A stretch of 62,244 nucleotides of DNA, counting the filler, from Ionaspis alba (Eukaryota), in the NCBI GenBank assembly GCA_964255285.1. It is 2 parts of 2 records of this genome, joined end to end, with 100 filler letters (N's around TTAATTAATTAA, not from the genome) between each part and the next. Parts side by side here need not be neighbours in the genome. Positions count along the whole stretch, not along the records: positions 1 to 31,077 come from CAXUUL010000110.1; 1 more part is not named here. One strand, 5' to 3'. The notes under the pieces are model-generated. The model ran no database searches and was not told the origin of the DNA. It saw only the letters and a list, made by a program, of their open reading frames with translations. Shown piece after piece: positions 1 to 13,406 of this stretch; the first letter of the stretch is position 1, and each line of letters opens with the position of its first letter. A program made the position numbers and the translations under genes.

Positions 1-239
1 GGAAAAGTGCAGATCTGACTTTAGGTACCATCAAAGATAGAATTGGATTATAATAACATCAAATATCCATAAATTGAGCTTGTTTGCCGTTTGATAAACA
101 TTCAGAGAGTATTGCCATTAACAGAGTATGTAGCCGAGGTACGATGGCTAGTCCACATCTTTTGCAGACGTGGTTTAGTGCAATACCCGCCTTGTAAGTT
201 TCGTTCTTGTGGACATCGACCGTGGGCTTCACATGTGAC

Positions 240-1410
240 ATGCAACGCCTCTTCAATTCCTTGGGTTGCAAGAAACCCGACTTACTTCCAAGGATATCCC
301 CACTGTCCAATAGCATCCTGCAGGTACGGCACCTCAGCCTGGCCTTCAAGAGCTACGAGCCTCCAAACAGCGCCCCGAACAAGAACAATGCTCCCATTAT
401 TATCCTTCATGGCCTTTTCGGGTCGAAGCAAAACAACCGGAGCGTTAGTAAGTAAGCCGTATAAGACTTGCGTGCAATTGGCAGGGACTGACCAATGGTC
501 TCAGAGTGCTAGCACGAGACCTTCAACGGGTTGTTTATGCTGTGGTCCGTGAAGCATTGTTGATCTGCCTATTCTGGGACACTCACCGTAGCCTAGGATC
601 TTCGCAATCATGGAGAATCTCCTCATCATCCGGTTCATGATTACACGGCCATGGCCAACGACGTCGAAGAATTCATTCAGAGGCATGAGTTGAAGATGCC
701 AATCATAATTGGCCATTCTATGTTAGTGGTTCATGGCTATCCACGACATGGTTTCGATTCCTAAGACAGCCAGGGGTGCCAAAGTCGCAATGACTGCCGC
801 TTTACGCTCTCCGAAGTCGTACTCGGGTATAATACCAGTGGACAATGCACCGGTCGACGCGGCTCTCCAGAGCGATTTCTCCAAGTACATGCATGGAATG
901 AGAAAGATCATGGAGGCGCAAGTGAGCCGGTCGGCGGAAGCAGACGACATCTTGAAGGCATTTGAGCCAGTCAGTGGATAGAAGCACTTCATCGGAGATC
1001 TACTTTGGCTGAATTCTACACAGTCATTACCCATAAGACAGTTTCTTCTGACCAACCTGGTTCGATCCCAGGATTCGAGAGGACTACGATTCAGAATTCC
1101 GATCCATTTCTTAGCAGCAGCTCTCGATCATATGGGAGACTTTCCCTTCAAGGATCCGGAGGCTACACGATTTGACGGTCCAGCACTTTTCATTCGTGGA
1201 ACGCGGAGCCATTATGTACCAGACGATGTACTTCCAATCATCGGAACATTCTTTCCTAGATTTGAGCTGCGAGACATCGAAAGCGGGCATTGGGTCATAT
1301 CGGAACAGCCTGAAGCTTTCACGCAAGGTACGTCTGCTGGGTGTTCTGCTCTTCGGAAACTGATGCTAGACCTTTCAGCTGTTGTAGAGTTCGTGAAGCT
1401 TCACACCTAG
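240..1410 (+). CDS. Mitochondrial alpha/beta hydrolase (ABHD11/IMO32-like), 6 exons
   Basis: Spliced reading gives LHGLFGSKQN, DLRNHGES, the GHSMG nucleophile elbow (split by an intron) and SGHWVISEQP; N-terminus resembles a mitochondrial presequence. Confidence 0.85.
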
Positions 1411-1917
1411 ACAAGTACTCCTTGATCCTTCAAGCAAGGTACTATCATTCCTACCACTAACGGTTACGGGTCTTGGATGCAGTAAAAGGACGGTTTGCTA
1501 CTTGATAAATGTTTGCCATATGGACTACAATTTCTGACCTAAGGCTTTGAATGCACGATTTGTATAACTTGCTCTCTGCCTTTCCAGGCACAAGGTCGCC
1601 TCTACTGTGTTTCGGCCTGGAAGGTAAATCAAGTCTTCCAAGACATCACATCGCCGACAGGTTCACTTCAGGACCCAGATGTAGCCGTTTTCGGAGGCCA
1701 CATGATGTGCCTGGGATGTTTTTCGAGTTCTTAACTAGATGGAGGACCACTGAAAGAATCTTGACCTAATGGCCATTATTGCGCGGCATACAATAATGTT
1801 CTGGCGCTCGGNNNNNNNNNNNNNNNNNNNNNNNNNNNNNNNNNNNNNNNNNNNNNNNNNNNNNNNNNNNNNNNNNNNNNNNNNNNNNNNNNNNNNNNNN
1901 NNNNNNNNNNNCATCCC

Positions 1918-2908
1918 TCAAACACTCTCCAACACTGTTTCCTTGAACTCGCGCTCGACCTTTTGACCCTGCTCGTCCGTATTCGACTCACCGTGTAGGT
2001 TGAGAAGAGTGCCAAGATCGAATTTAGGAGCTTTCAGAAGTTTGACCTTTCGAATGTGGACCTTGATGATATTAGAGTTGACGATACTTTGTTTTACGAA
2101 TAGGAGCTTACGTTTTGGAGAGGATAGATGCCTTGGGTAGCTTTCTCAATTTCACGACCAATGACTTCGGGAATGAGCTTGGTCGTCAGTTGCGAAAGGG
2201 TGCAGCTAGATGCTTCTCGTTGAATGATCTCGACCATTTTCTTTCGAATGGCACGAATTTGCGAAGAGGCAGCATATGTAGTCTTCTTGATCTGATTGGG
2301 TCGTCGTTTAGTGAAGGCAATGGCGAATAGGCGGAGAAGGTAGTCGTCCGTAGTCTTGACAGTGATGTTGGCCTCGATGAGGGTCTGCCATTTGCGGACG
2401 AGAGACCGTAACTTGTCGGAAGTGAAGTCCAAGCCGTGGAAATTGGTTAGACAATTCTTGCCTTGAACCTCGTCCACCCTGAGTTTGACCTTTCTGAAGG
2501 CGTGGTCCTCATCCTTCTGTAGATCTGCCAACGAGACCTCGAAAATCCTTCCTTTCAATGCGTCATTGGCATTCTTCAGACCAGTCGATCGGTTCACCAG
2601 TGTTTTGCCAACGCTGCTTGAATCAGCCAATGCTGTGGTAGAGCGGGGGGTCTGAGCCTACTCTCTAATTTGGAAGGTTGATGGAGCCTGCAGAATATCA
2701 GTATGACTTCAACCCGAAAGAGTGATGGAGAAGATGCGTGCCTTGACGTTGAACCAGTCCTTACGCGCAAAAGGATCTTGCGTTCTCTTCTTTAGACCCT
2801 TCTTGCCCTTCGAAAGCCGCTTATTCCTGGTCGTACATCAGCATGACAAGAACGACTTCTAGAAGTCATATTCCAGGAGACTGGGCTATCTCACTTTCCG
2901 ACCGCCAT
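1918..2908 (-). CDS. RPS1: 40S ribosomal protein S1 (eS1/S3a), 5 exons
   Basis: [15 protein letters not shown]...[17 protein letters not shown]..|[11 protein letters not shown]...[17 protein letters not shown]...[15 protein letters not shown]; stop at 1918-1920. Confidence 0.97.
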
Positions 2909-3560
2909 GCTTGATTCTTCGTTGTGGACGGGGACGCGAAGACGTTGAAGTTAACCTCGATATTACAAGTCTTGACATTGGTGTTGTGCGCTTGAAATGT
3001 TTTAGCGTGGCGCTAGGCGATCCCACTTTTGCCAAGCAAGCGTACGCGAAGGTAGATGCAAGGAAGCCCTCGTGGTCCTTTATGCAGAAACGATGTCAAG
3101 TATTCTCACGTCACTGTAATATCGTGCTATCGCACGATCATATCGAGATCAGGATCACGCGCAGGAGACCTGAACAGCTTTAAATATTTAAGTACACTAA
3201 CTGCGCCGAGACCGAGTCCCTAGTAGAGTCTGTGCTAGAACCGGTCGATACTCCCATATCAGACTACTTCCATGTCTCATACTCGTGGGTCTCGTTCGTG
3301 GGTATTTCAACATTTCGAGCAGCTATGCAAACGCCTTTACCAAACTCCTTCAATGTATGTACCATGAAACCTTGTGCCATCTTGCTATGCCATTGAAGTT
3401 GCTCGACCCGGAACCACTGCATCTTTCAGACTCTCGTTGCCTTCAATCTTTCACGTATATTACTCTGAAGAACGCTCAATCCTTTCCGCCTGTTGCTTGA
3501 AGCTGGCCTCTTTGCCTTGGTCCCATCTCGCATTCATTGTGCTGTTCGAAGTCCGGGAAA

Positions 3561-4015
3561 CTAACATACGCGGAGGCTATGGAATCTCAGTACAACCAGT
3601 CTGTTCGAGTACTTCAGATCCGACGTACCTCGACATGACGTCCCCCGAAAGCTCTGCGACGATCTCTCCAGGCACGTTTGACCACCTGCAGATGATCTGT
3701 TTGAGAAATAATCCGATTGCTCCGTGTGATGAGTCTTCGGTGTTCTGACTGGCGGACTTTGAGACGATATTTTCGATAAGATTGAAGCCGCTTGACGGGG
3801 CTGTCCAACGTCTTGTGGTTTGGTGCCTAAAGTGCTATTCGCAGTGAGGACAGGTGAGAGCGTGGTTGGGCTCGCTGGGGGTCTTGGGGTCGACATTGCA
3901 GCAGGCGTTGGAGGTGCTGAATACCACATCTCGACCTGGTTAGACAAGGCGAGAGTAACAAATCCGACAAACGTTATGAGTGAGAAAGATTGCAATCGAC
4001 TCTGTTGAAGGAGTC
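3561..4015 (-). CDS. Possible small secreted or membrane-anchored Pro/Thr/Ser-rich protein; 5' end may lie in the N gap
   Basis: Open frame with a hydrophobic stretch (FSLITFVGFVTLALS) followed by a P/T/S-rich tract; no ATG before the hydrophobic stretch and no recognised homology. Confidence 0.25.
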
Positions 4016-4354
4016 NNNNNNNNNNNNNNNNNNNNNNNNNNNNNNNNNNNNNNNNNNNNNNNNNNNNNNNNNNNNNNNNNNNNNNNNNNNNNNNNNNNNN
4101 NNNNNNNNNNNNNNNATGAATCGGTCAAAGGAAGTCATGGTTTCCCAACCGGCTGTAAATTGATGTAATTGTACCTGTATGTTTGTGGGGTAATTCGGGT
4201 GGAGCGGGTGGCTGATTCATTGAGCATTTACGAGGACCCGGCCTAGCCGGCTTGCTTAGCCTCTGCAAAAAGAGGCAGGCAATAGAGTTCTTCCACAATG
4301 TAAAACCGCTCTACAGCCATTTTCAGCAGCCAATCGATCACCCATCGCTCCATT

Positions 4355-6468
4355 TCAATGCTGATTCGAAGACGTCAGCTCAATTCCTCACCGAAAACTC
4401 AAATGGTTGTTGCAAAGGGACTTACGTCCACATCATCCCACGGTCGACCTTGTACCTCGGAAAGCTCTATCATGTTCATGACCTTGCCTGTCGTGACTGG
4501 CTTTGTTTAGCTGACATCCAGTGTCCAAACGGAATGTAATTAAGTCCTACAGTATCCAGCATGGATCTTTGCGTCGATCTCTACTCGACTATCTTCTGGT
4601 ATCAATTCATCGGGAATTGGTACTCGTTCTAAAATCGGAATGCCTTGTTCCACGATAGCATCATGTTTCATACTACTCAAAATATCAGCACGTAGACTCC
4701 CTTCGAGCAACTCCCTGAGGTCGAATTCCCTGAACTTACTTGGACATGCTCAGCATTCGATCAATTTTAGTGATCCCAAGCCAGTGTAAAACCTGTCACA
4801 GCCATTAGAGCTAGACGTGAGAGGTCTCGAAATGCTAAGCAAGTATTGAACCGCGTTTGTAGACTCACATCGGGCATTAGAGTCTGAAATCTCATGTCCT
4901 GATTTTACAGTCAGCATATGAGGTAAATTGGATATCATTGGCATCACCTTGACGCCAGCGATGTTTTCCGTCCTCTTGAAATACTCGCTTGCACCTAATT
5001 CTCTCTTAAGTAAAAGCCTTGAATGAGCCGCAAAGTTGGGTCCATACGATCAGTACCGCGTTTCCCTAGGTCAAGTCATGAGCACACGCTTTGATAATAT
5101 AATACGAGAGGCCCTTACGCGCATTATAGACGAGATACTTCGTCACCTCTCCCAAAGCCCGACCTTCTTTGCGGAAATATATGACAACACCACTCCCGCC
5201 TCGTTGGGCCTCTTTCACTGCCTCTTCGACCCCGAAGATCAAATATGGGCGGCATGTGCATATGTCGGAACCGAAGACGTCGCTACCGTTGCATTCGTCA
5301 TGAACACGAAGCGCCAATCGAACGTTCGGATCAGACATCTTTGCAGGATCACCAAAACAATACACCGTGAGACCTCCAATTGGAGGAAGAAACAGCTTGA
5401 TATCACCTCTAGTGATGAGCTCTGGGAAGGAGCCGCCTGTATTTTCGAAAAGAGATCGTCGCAAGGTGCCTTCGTCTAGCAAATCATCAGCCACCAGCGA
5501 TTCGATCCCTTCGCACAGGAGTTACCTATTCCGAATCTCTCAGCTACCCCAGGAAGGTACCAGACCGGTTCCACTGCAAATTTCGTAACCGCCAATTCAC
5601 CTGTTTCATTGATGCAGATTTTCCCGTCTGGCACAAGCCGGCCGGCGCGTACGCTCTGCTCCAATTCCGGTAATTTCATGTGCGCTTTGGTAATGGCAAT
5701 CGTTGGTCTGAGATCGACGTCTTCTTTATTGATCACGTCTTGGAATAGCCATGGTGCAAGATGACCCAGGGGATCCATCGAAACAATCTTTCGTGCATCC
5801 GCCCATTGGGGGAAAGGACCGATATAAGCGGCGGGCTCAGTGTTCGTGAAGTCTGGTCGGTGATCGACGTCCAGGTTCTTGCTCGCCACCGCAAGAGCAT
5901 GATAAATGGAATATGAGCCGCCATGGGCACCAATGGCTATGGAACATTATGTCAGTCTACAATGTTCTAGAGTGTGTAGGAAAGGCTCACCGTTGCGCCT
6001 TCGGAGGGTACTTTGACTGCGCGAGACGACTACAGGCCCTCTCTGGATTGGGTCTTTGTGGCCCCAGTTCATCTTCAGTGGGTCAATGCCTGACTGCCCA
6101 GGGTAAGTTGTAAGGATGATTCGTGACGAGTGATTTGGTTTAGAGGAGACAGCTGGGCTGGAGATTGGCAAAGGTTCACCATCGCTTCTTGCAGAATTGG
6201 AGATGGCTGAGTCCGTTGCATTGGATACCTCCCCAACTGCTGCTCCAGTCTCGACATGCTGGGCTTTTGAGGTGGATGGGCTTGGACGTGGCTCACGATC
6301 CGCATTATCTAGGACTTCTTTTACACCGGAAAGAACGTTAATTCGACCATTGATGGTTTCGACAGCAGCAGACAGCGCTACATAGTTTTGCTGCATGGAC
6401 TGAAGGGTAGCTTGGATTTGGGAGAGTAGGTTGATGGTAGGATTGTCCTCTTTGGCTTGGAAAGACAT
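4355..6468 (-). CDS. URC1: URC1/urg1-type GTP cyclohydrolase II-like protein (uracil catabolism), 10 exons
   Basis: RIILTTYPGQSGIDP, AIGAHGGSYSIY, RVHDECNGSDVFGSDICTC (Zn ligands), RKEGRALGEVTKYLVYNARKR, DMRFQTLMPDVLHWLGI, EIDAKIHAGYF; nine GT-AG introns traced to stop at 4355-4357. Confidence 0.9.
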
Positions 6469-6867
6469 AGTGAAGTTTCAATAAAATCGGTCTGACAATG
6501 CGTTCAAAGTGATTAAGTTGTGTATATCCCAGGAAGAAGAGTATTTTTTAAATAGCTATGAGGCTGCAGAAGAATGATCACGCATTACATGTAAATCCTT
6601 TCAAAAATCAGAGTATTGTTTGTTGTAGATTACATGCATATGGAATGTAGAAGTCGGCGTACGTCTCCGGCCACGCTAAATATTTAGTTCCCGATGATCC
6701 TAGGCATGGTTCCAGGTAAAGATGCGGCTAAACCTGTGCTACCACGGGAGCATTGGGAGGATAAGGCTGTGGCTGAGTTTCACTCCTACGCCTACAAGCT
6801 TCTCGAAAAGTACTCCGTCTTCCACTCCATATACATTCTTTAACACTTCAAGAGAGGTCAAACTGAG

Positions 6868-7425
6868 ATGGTAACTCTTCTAATAACACCATCTTGGACT
6901 TGACTAATCACAATATCATAGGGCAAGCGTAAGAAGTCGTCACGAAAGCCTCAGGGCCCCAAGAAGGTTGGAGTCACTGTCCTTGGTGATTCTGCACTTC
7001 GCTGATCCTGCTCAGAAAGAACCACTACCTACTACCTTTCCCTGTCTCTTCTGCAACCATGAGGCATCAGTTTCGGTAAAAATGGACAAGAAAGCCGGTA
7101 CTGGGGAGTTGTCATGCAAAGTTTGTGGCCAAAAGTTCCAGACAGGCATAAACTGTAAGGCATATCGTTCTCGTCACATTGCTACTTAGTGCTAAGTCTG
7201 GTACGAAAAGATCTGTCGGCTGGAGTTGATGTCTACTCAGACTGGATCGACGCTTGCGACGCTGTTGCCAAGGAGGCTGCTGGCCGAGACGACGGTCCAC
7301 AATCTTACGCCGACCTGGTCACCGGGGCGGGAGGTCGCAGAAATTCCGACATGCAGATCGATAAGCATCTGGTGGCGGCAGTTGAAGAGGATGATGAGGG
7401 GCTAGGAGTTTCTGACGATGATTGA
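6868..7425 (+). CDS. ELF1: Transcription elongation factor Elf1
   Basis: ATG-only first coding exon, then [10 protein letters not shown], Zn ribbon FPCLFCNH...[16 protein letters not shown] and an acidic tail. Confidence 0.95.
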
Positions 7426-7859
7426 AATCTACTGAGTTCTTGCGATTTTATGCCACGCAGACGGCTCAGCACTTGTTCCTTTTACACGGGCCCTTATGAA
7501 GGATAAATTCTCGTCCCAGATACGAAGGTCTGTCCGGGTTCACTTGGATCTTGGCCATATATATCGATGGCTACGGTGGTTTGCTAAAGGGATCAGATAT
7601 GGCTCTCAATTTTAACAAATCACATCTCGGAAATGTGCATCACTCATGTCATATGCTGGAGCAATGTCGCCCTCGATCGAGACCAGCCATCGCGGTTTGC
7701 TGAAGCAATATCGTTTTATCTGATCGCAGATCACTTAGATCGGGCAACATACTTGTGTGTGGGCAACCAAAAAAGGTTGGAAACGTTTGGCTGTACTTTG
7801 CTTAATCCCTTGCCAATTATTTTGTCAAATGCATGGCTGGGTACTATAATCGGAACTCT

Positions 7860-8770
<911 letters not shown>

Positions 8771-9405
8771 TGTCGATTCCTGGTCACTGCCTTGTCGGTC
8801 AAGCTGAATTGTATGGTCACCGCATCAACACCAATTCCCTAACATTGATCGTAGCAGTCATCTACTTTCCAGGTGCTGGCAGAGGAGACCGATATCTCCA
8901 AGAAACTAGCCGTGTTGTCAATGATGGGTATTGAAAGAATGGAGCACGTGCCCAGAAGTCCGAAGTGGAAGTCTCTCAAACGCCGCGACTGACTCGGCAC
9001 CGCGGTTGCAGTGGGGAAGATCGCGGAGGCTTGCAGGGGTAGCTCACCGCTAATGCAACCATGCTCAATGCACAAGCCACTTGGAACCCAATCGCAAAAT
9101 TCCGGTTTCACCATTCTTTTGTTTTGATCCTCCACGACACAGTTGAACATGTTGAAAGGGACACGCGCCTCTATATATAATAGCGCTGGCTTCAAACTAC
9201 AGCCGTGAAATCTTCGGGAGGGATCTTCTGAGGACATGGAATGATCTGCAGTCACTATAATTATGCATTACCATTCAGCGAGCTTCACTCACGAACCAAC
9301 AATAGCTACACTCTGGGAGCGGATGACTTCACCTCCACCTCTGGACCTTCCCGTCCGCGCTGACTGGTCTTGCTTACAGCCATCCTCAACTGCCAACTTA
9401 TCGAC

Positions 9406-12400
9406 ATGATATCGAACGCACCTGCTAGAGGGCGGCGGCGGCCGGTGACCTATGGGAAGGCTGCTCGACGCTATCTTCCTGATGCTGTGGAAGTAAAACT
9501 TGGTCGGTCAGAAGAAGATATCTTGGATGCGACATGCGGAAGTGAAAGAACAATTTCTGGCAGAATCAAAAAGAGCAACACCCAGGTGTTACGCAAGACT
9601 AGGACTTTAGAAAATAAAAGCCCAAAGCGCTCTCAAAGTCACGGAGATAATGGATCAATTTCTACCGAAGCCACTACTTTGTCTTCTGTGGCGTCCTCCC
9701 CCATCACCTCGGCGCCATCTCCTACAATCTTGGACGCTGGCAACAATGAGAGTATCTTGGATAGTGAGAAAATCTACGACGTACCACTTTCGGACAACGA
9801 GTCGGGCTTCTGTTTGAAGCCGCAAGGTCGAACACCTAACAAAAGGCGGAGATTAAAGTACAAACCTACACAAAGCCTAGGACATGGCGCCTGGGACGAC
9901 GCTAGCCTGCAACAAGACATCGCTATTCAGACCTGTTCAAGCTTGCCTTCTTCGAGGCATGGTTCAAACCTGCAGAAACCTATTAATGGCTCCAAAGGGA
10001 TCTCGCTCCAAGGTGTTCATGCTGAGACGGCAGGGGATCATTTGGATACCATCACGGACCGGGAATGTCAGCGACAGAAGAGAAAAGCTGAGAGACCGAC
10101 CACGTCAAAAAACACTGTTGTCATTAACAAGGAAGACGTCCAAGAACAACATAGTCAACGCGAAATGGTCGTGGGAATGAAACGCAGAGCCGTAGTGGGC
10201 TCTCCTCGACGGCCGCGAAACGATCAACGTGCATCAATAGCACATCATACGAAGGACGCCAAGATCCCGCCTACTTGTGATAGCAGAGGGGAGTCAAGGC
10301 ATATCAACATGAACGATCGCCTTTCCTACATTACATCTCCCAAGGCAGTGGAGTCAGTCTCACCCCCCTGCAGCCCCTCACGAGGTGCCCACTATGCTCT
10401 AAGCTCGCGAATGTCTCCACGCAGAGGTGTGAAGGAGCTCCAAATGCGAAACCGTGCCGAGAGCATTTCTCCAGACCAATTGTCCATAGCCAGTGTCCAA
10501 ACGACTGGCCTAGCAAAACGTCCACCACAGCCAGGATCTAGACCAGTCTGTGCTTCCCAATCAACAAGTACAGCCCTTGAATCTTTTCGACCCTCGCGTG
10601 CTAAATTAAAGAATCGTTTGCAAGTCCAGAAGTCTAATAGTAGGTTCCATGGAGACCGTGACGAAGACGGGAATAGTTTGAGCTCGGACAGCCAGTCCGA
10701 TGTTTCTGTCGAGCAAGAGAACCCCGAAACAAACTCTTCAGCTGATAGACCTCAAAAGGGACATACCCAAGCAAGCACGGTTCTTCATGGCGGAAATCCG
10801 AAGGTCACGTACGCAAAGCAAAGGTCCTATCTTACGGAGGATTCTGTTGGTGATGCTGTCTTGTTGAGTCAGCCAATTCCGATCCACCCCAAGAGTGCAA
10901 TTTCGTCCGCACGAGTCGGAGGAAGGACAGACATCGAAGATGTTCAAGTCTCACAAAGATTGGTGAACAACATGGAAGAGACAGATGATCAAAAGGGTGG
11001 TGCTATACGAAGCATTCATGAGCTTCGCGAAGCAGGGGGAAATGCTCGTCTTATGAGTGAGACTGAAGCAATTCTGGACGACATCGGTCATCGCGATGCA
11101 TCGCCGATCTCGCTTCAGCGCCGGGCGATGCTACAACTAGTTACGAAACTACAGCACCGATCCTTTTGCATTCGCTTTGCCGAGAGTGACTTGGGAAGTC
11201 GTCTGCTGGAGGGTATCGTTCCTGTCCTTGACCCCGTTGTGGGTATACTTCTGATGTCGGCCTTACTTCATATCATGGCTTCTCGACGTTCGCCGCACAC
11301 TCTATCAAGGATTAGCGAATTTCACGTTATCGACTTCCTCGAGCAGCAGCTCGACAACACAGATGACGTACTTCTGGTAATTCGAAGCAGGGAGAGCAAT
11401 CTGTCCAAAGCATTGCGAATGGAAATAGAATACTATTTCGGGAAACTGAGGACGTCCAGTATCTGGAGACTGGAGCAGCCACCTCAAATTACTGCTCGTA
11501 CTCTTTCACTACAATGCCTTGAGCATATCGTGAAGTACGCACGAGACGCTGCGCTGAAGACCGATATCCTCACTTGGCACTCGGTTGAGCGGCTCGTCGA
11601 TGTCCTTGTTCCATCCAATGATTATTCAAAGATGCGGCTGTACCCTAATTTCGCGATGGACATGCAGCTTTCCATATCTACACTTGAATCCCACACTATG
11701 GCCCATATGGTTGCGAACGCTGAAGGGGAAACCTTGTGGACGGGCCTTGCTGTGGAGAAGATCGTAGATCTTTTTCCGATGACCGAGAAGTGGTCGGGAA
11801 CTTGGGTTGAGAGATTTCTGACATTTGCGCTTCGGCTCTTTGTCAACCTCACAAATGGAAGTCAAAGAATGTGTGCCGCCTTTGCGCAATTTGAGATCAT
11901 CAAGGCGGGTGTTTCAGTCGTTACGCATAATTTCCACCAACTTTCTCTGGAGCATACTGACGAAGTTCGGGACGTTCTCCTTGATAATCTCGTACTCTCC
12001 CTAGGTTTGTTGACCAATCTTGCAGAGGGAAGTGAGATGGCACGAGATCTCTTTCTAGGATCGACTTCTGGGCTCGCTCAACCTTTGGATACGCTTCTGC
12101 GGCTTTTCCAAGCCAAGTCGCAGCAAGCATCTGAGGTAGGCAGACTTTCTTGTCCTTCTTTGACACTGCTAACTTTTCAGGCTGTTTCCGAGCAGGAGAT
12201 CACCTCGAACGTAGCGTTTGGATATCTTTCGGTCCTTCTCAGCTATCTCAGCATTAGTCCTACGATCAGAAGCTTCCTCTGCTCCCAGCTTCCAGGCGGC
12301 ACACTCGAATCTCTATTCGCGGCCGTCGAAGAGTTCTTGCATTTTAACAAGCAGATTGCCGACGAGTTTCACGCGACAGAAGAGGATTCGGAGATGAAGG

Positions 12401-12462
12401 CTGGTTTCATTGTTAAGCTCCAAGAACTGCTCAATCGGCTAAAGGACGATAGACTGAGGTGA
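9406..12462 (+). CDS. WPL1: Wings apart-like cohesin release factor (WAPL/Rad61)
   Basis: Long disordered N-terminus with VTYGK, KVTYAKQRSYL and IRSIHELREAGGN, then a helical C-terminal domain (LRLFVNLTN, LSLGLLTNLAE); probable 45-nt in-frame intron 12136-12180. Confidence 0.8.
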   Translation: MISNAPARGRRRPVTYGKAARRYLPDAVEVKLGRSEEDILDATCGSERTISGRIKKSNTQVLRKTRTLENKSPKRSQSHGDNGSISTEATTLSSVASSPITSAPSPTILDAGNNESILDSEKIYDVPLSDNESGFCLKPQGRTPNKRRRLKYKPTQSLGHGAWDDASLQQDIAIQTCSSLPSSRHGSNLQKPINGSKGISLQGVHAETAGDHLDTITDRECQRQKRKAERPTTSKNTVVINKEDVQEQHSQREMVVGMKRRAVVGSPRRPRNDQRASIAHHTKDAKIPPTCDSRGESRHINMNDRLSYITSPKAVESVSPPCSPSRGAHYALSSRMSPRRGVKELQMRNRAESISPDQLSIASVQTTGLAKRPPQPGSRPVCASQSTSTALESFRPSRAKLKNRLQVQKSNSRFHGDRDEDGNSLSSDSQSDVSVEQENPETNSSADRPQKGHTQASTVLHGGNPKVTYAKQRSYLTEDSVGDAVLLSQPIPIHPKSAISSARVGGRTDIEDVQVSQRLVNNMEETDDQKGGAIRSIHELREAGGNARLMSETEAILDDIGHRDASPISLQRRAMLQLVTKLQHRSFCIRFAESDLGSRLLEGIVPVLDPVVGILLMSALLHIMASRRSPHTLSRISEFHVIDFLEQQLDNTDDVLLVIRSRESNLSKALRMEIEYYFGKLRTSSIWRLEQPPQITARTLSLQCLEHIVKYARDAALKTDILTWHSVERLVDVLVPSNDYSKMRLYPNFAMDMQLSISTLESHTMAHMVANAEGETLWTGLAVEKIVDLFPMTEKWSGTWVERFLTFALRLFVNLTNGSQRMCAAFAQFEIIKAGVSVVTHNFHQLSLEHTDEVRDVLLDNLVLSLGLLTNLAEGSEMARDLFLGSTSGLAQPLDTLLRLFQAKSQQASEVGRLSCPSLTLLTFQAVSEQEITSNVAFGYLSVLLSYLSISPTIRSFLCSQLPGGTLESLFAAVEEFLHFNKQIADEFHATEEDSEMKAGFIVKLQELLNRLKDDRLR

Positions 12463-13406
12463 TGGAATTTTACAAGGTCGCTCGTCTGCATGACGACGTC
12501 GATTGCATCCAACTTTGTGTTTGTGACGAAGCGGAAGATGAGATATCCACTCTAGAAAAGCTACCTACAGAGACATGAGTCTGTGCGTGGTTGACAGCCG
12601 GTGCGAAAAACGTGATACATGACGAGTTCAGCTATGAGATGAGAAAAGGGACAACCAAATTTACCTTCGATGCCACGCGGCAACGGTAGCCGTGCATTTG
12701 GGTGTATTTAAAGCGGCATATCTTGTACTTGCTCCCTGCAGGAGTCCAATAGTGGCTCATTGCCGCCGCCTCTCGAGCTCACCGCTCCTTTTCGCGAGAC
12801 ATGTAGAGTGACGAATGCATGATCGATGCACAATCCTAGATGGACAGTCCAATATGCGACCTAGAATGTGAAGCAAATCTCGTGCCACGAGAGGATTGCC
12901 TCGAGGCGACGCACCCTATGGCAAGCTCTCGATTCCGTCGCCGACTGCTCGGCGGGAGTGCTCAGTCTTCCTTGCCTTGATCTACCGCCTGCATCGATTT
13001 AATCATTCAAGGTCGACATATTGTCAGACCATGATTGGCAGATCTGGCGCAACCCCTTGATTCTGCTTGGTAGGCTCCCCTTCCCAGCTCCATTCCCACT
13101 TGGCTGTACCTGGTTGCGCCTGCTCTGATTCCTGTGCGATCGGGACACAAAAAGAATCTTCGACGGCAGTATTTCCTGATTTCCTCCAGAGACCGTCATT
13201 AAAGGACACCGTGAGGACTCTAAGACTGGATTAAATTGCCTTACATCTATATACAACGTTACGTAATTGTGGAAGCCAAAGACACTTTTCGGACGGGAGC
13301 TATAGAGCAACCTGGTTATCGTTCTTTCTTCGCCAGCTCTTGAATTCTGCTTCTGTCTCTCCTCTAGTCCCACCTTCGGACTGCTGCCTCAAAATCTAAA
13401 GTTACA

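Noticed and set aside
6676..6687. CTAAATATTTAG palindrome (similar core near 3181)
   Set aside because: An AT-rich palindrome is likely by chance, and the spacing does not fit the Rlm1/MEF2 consensus
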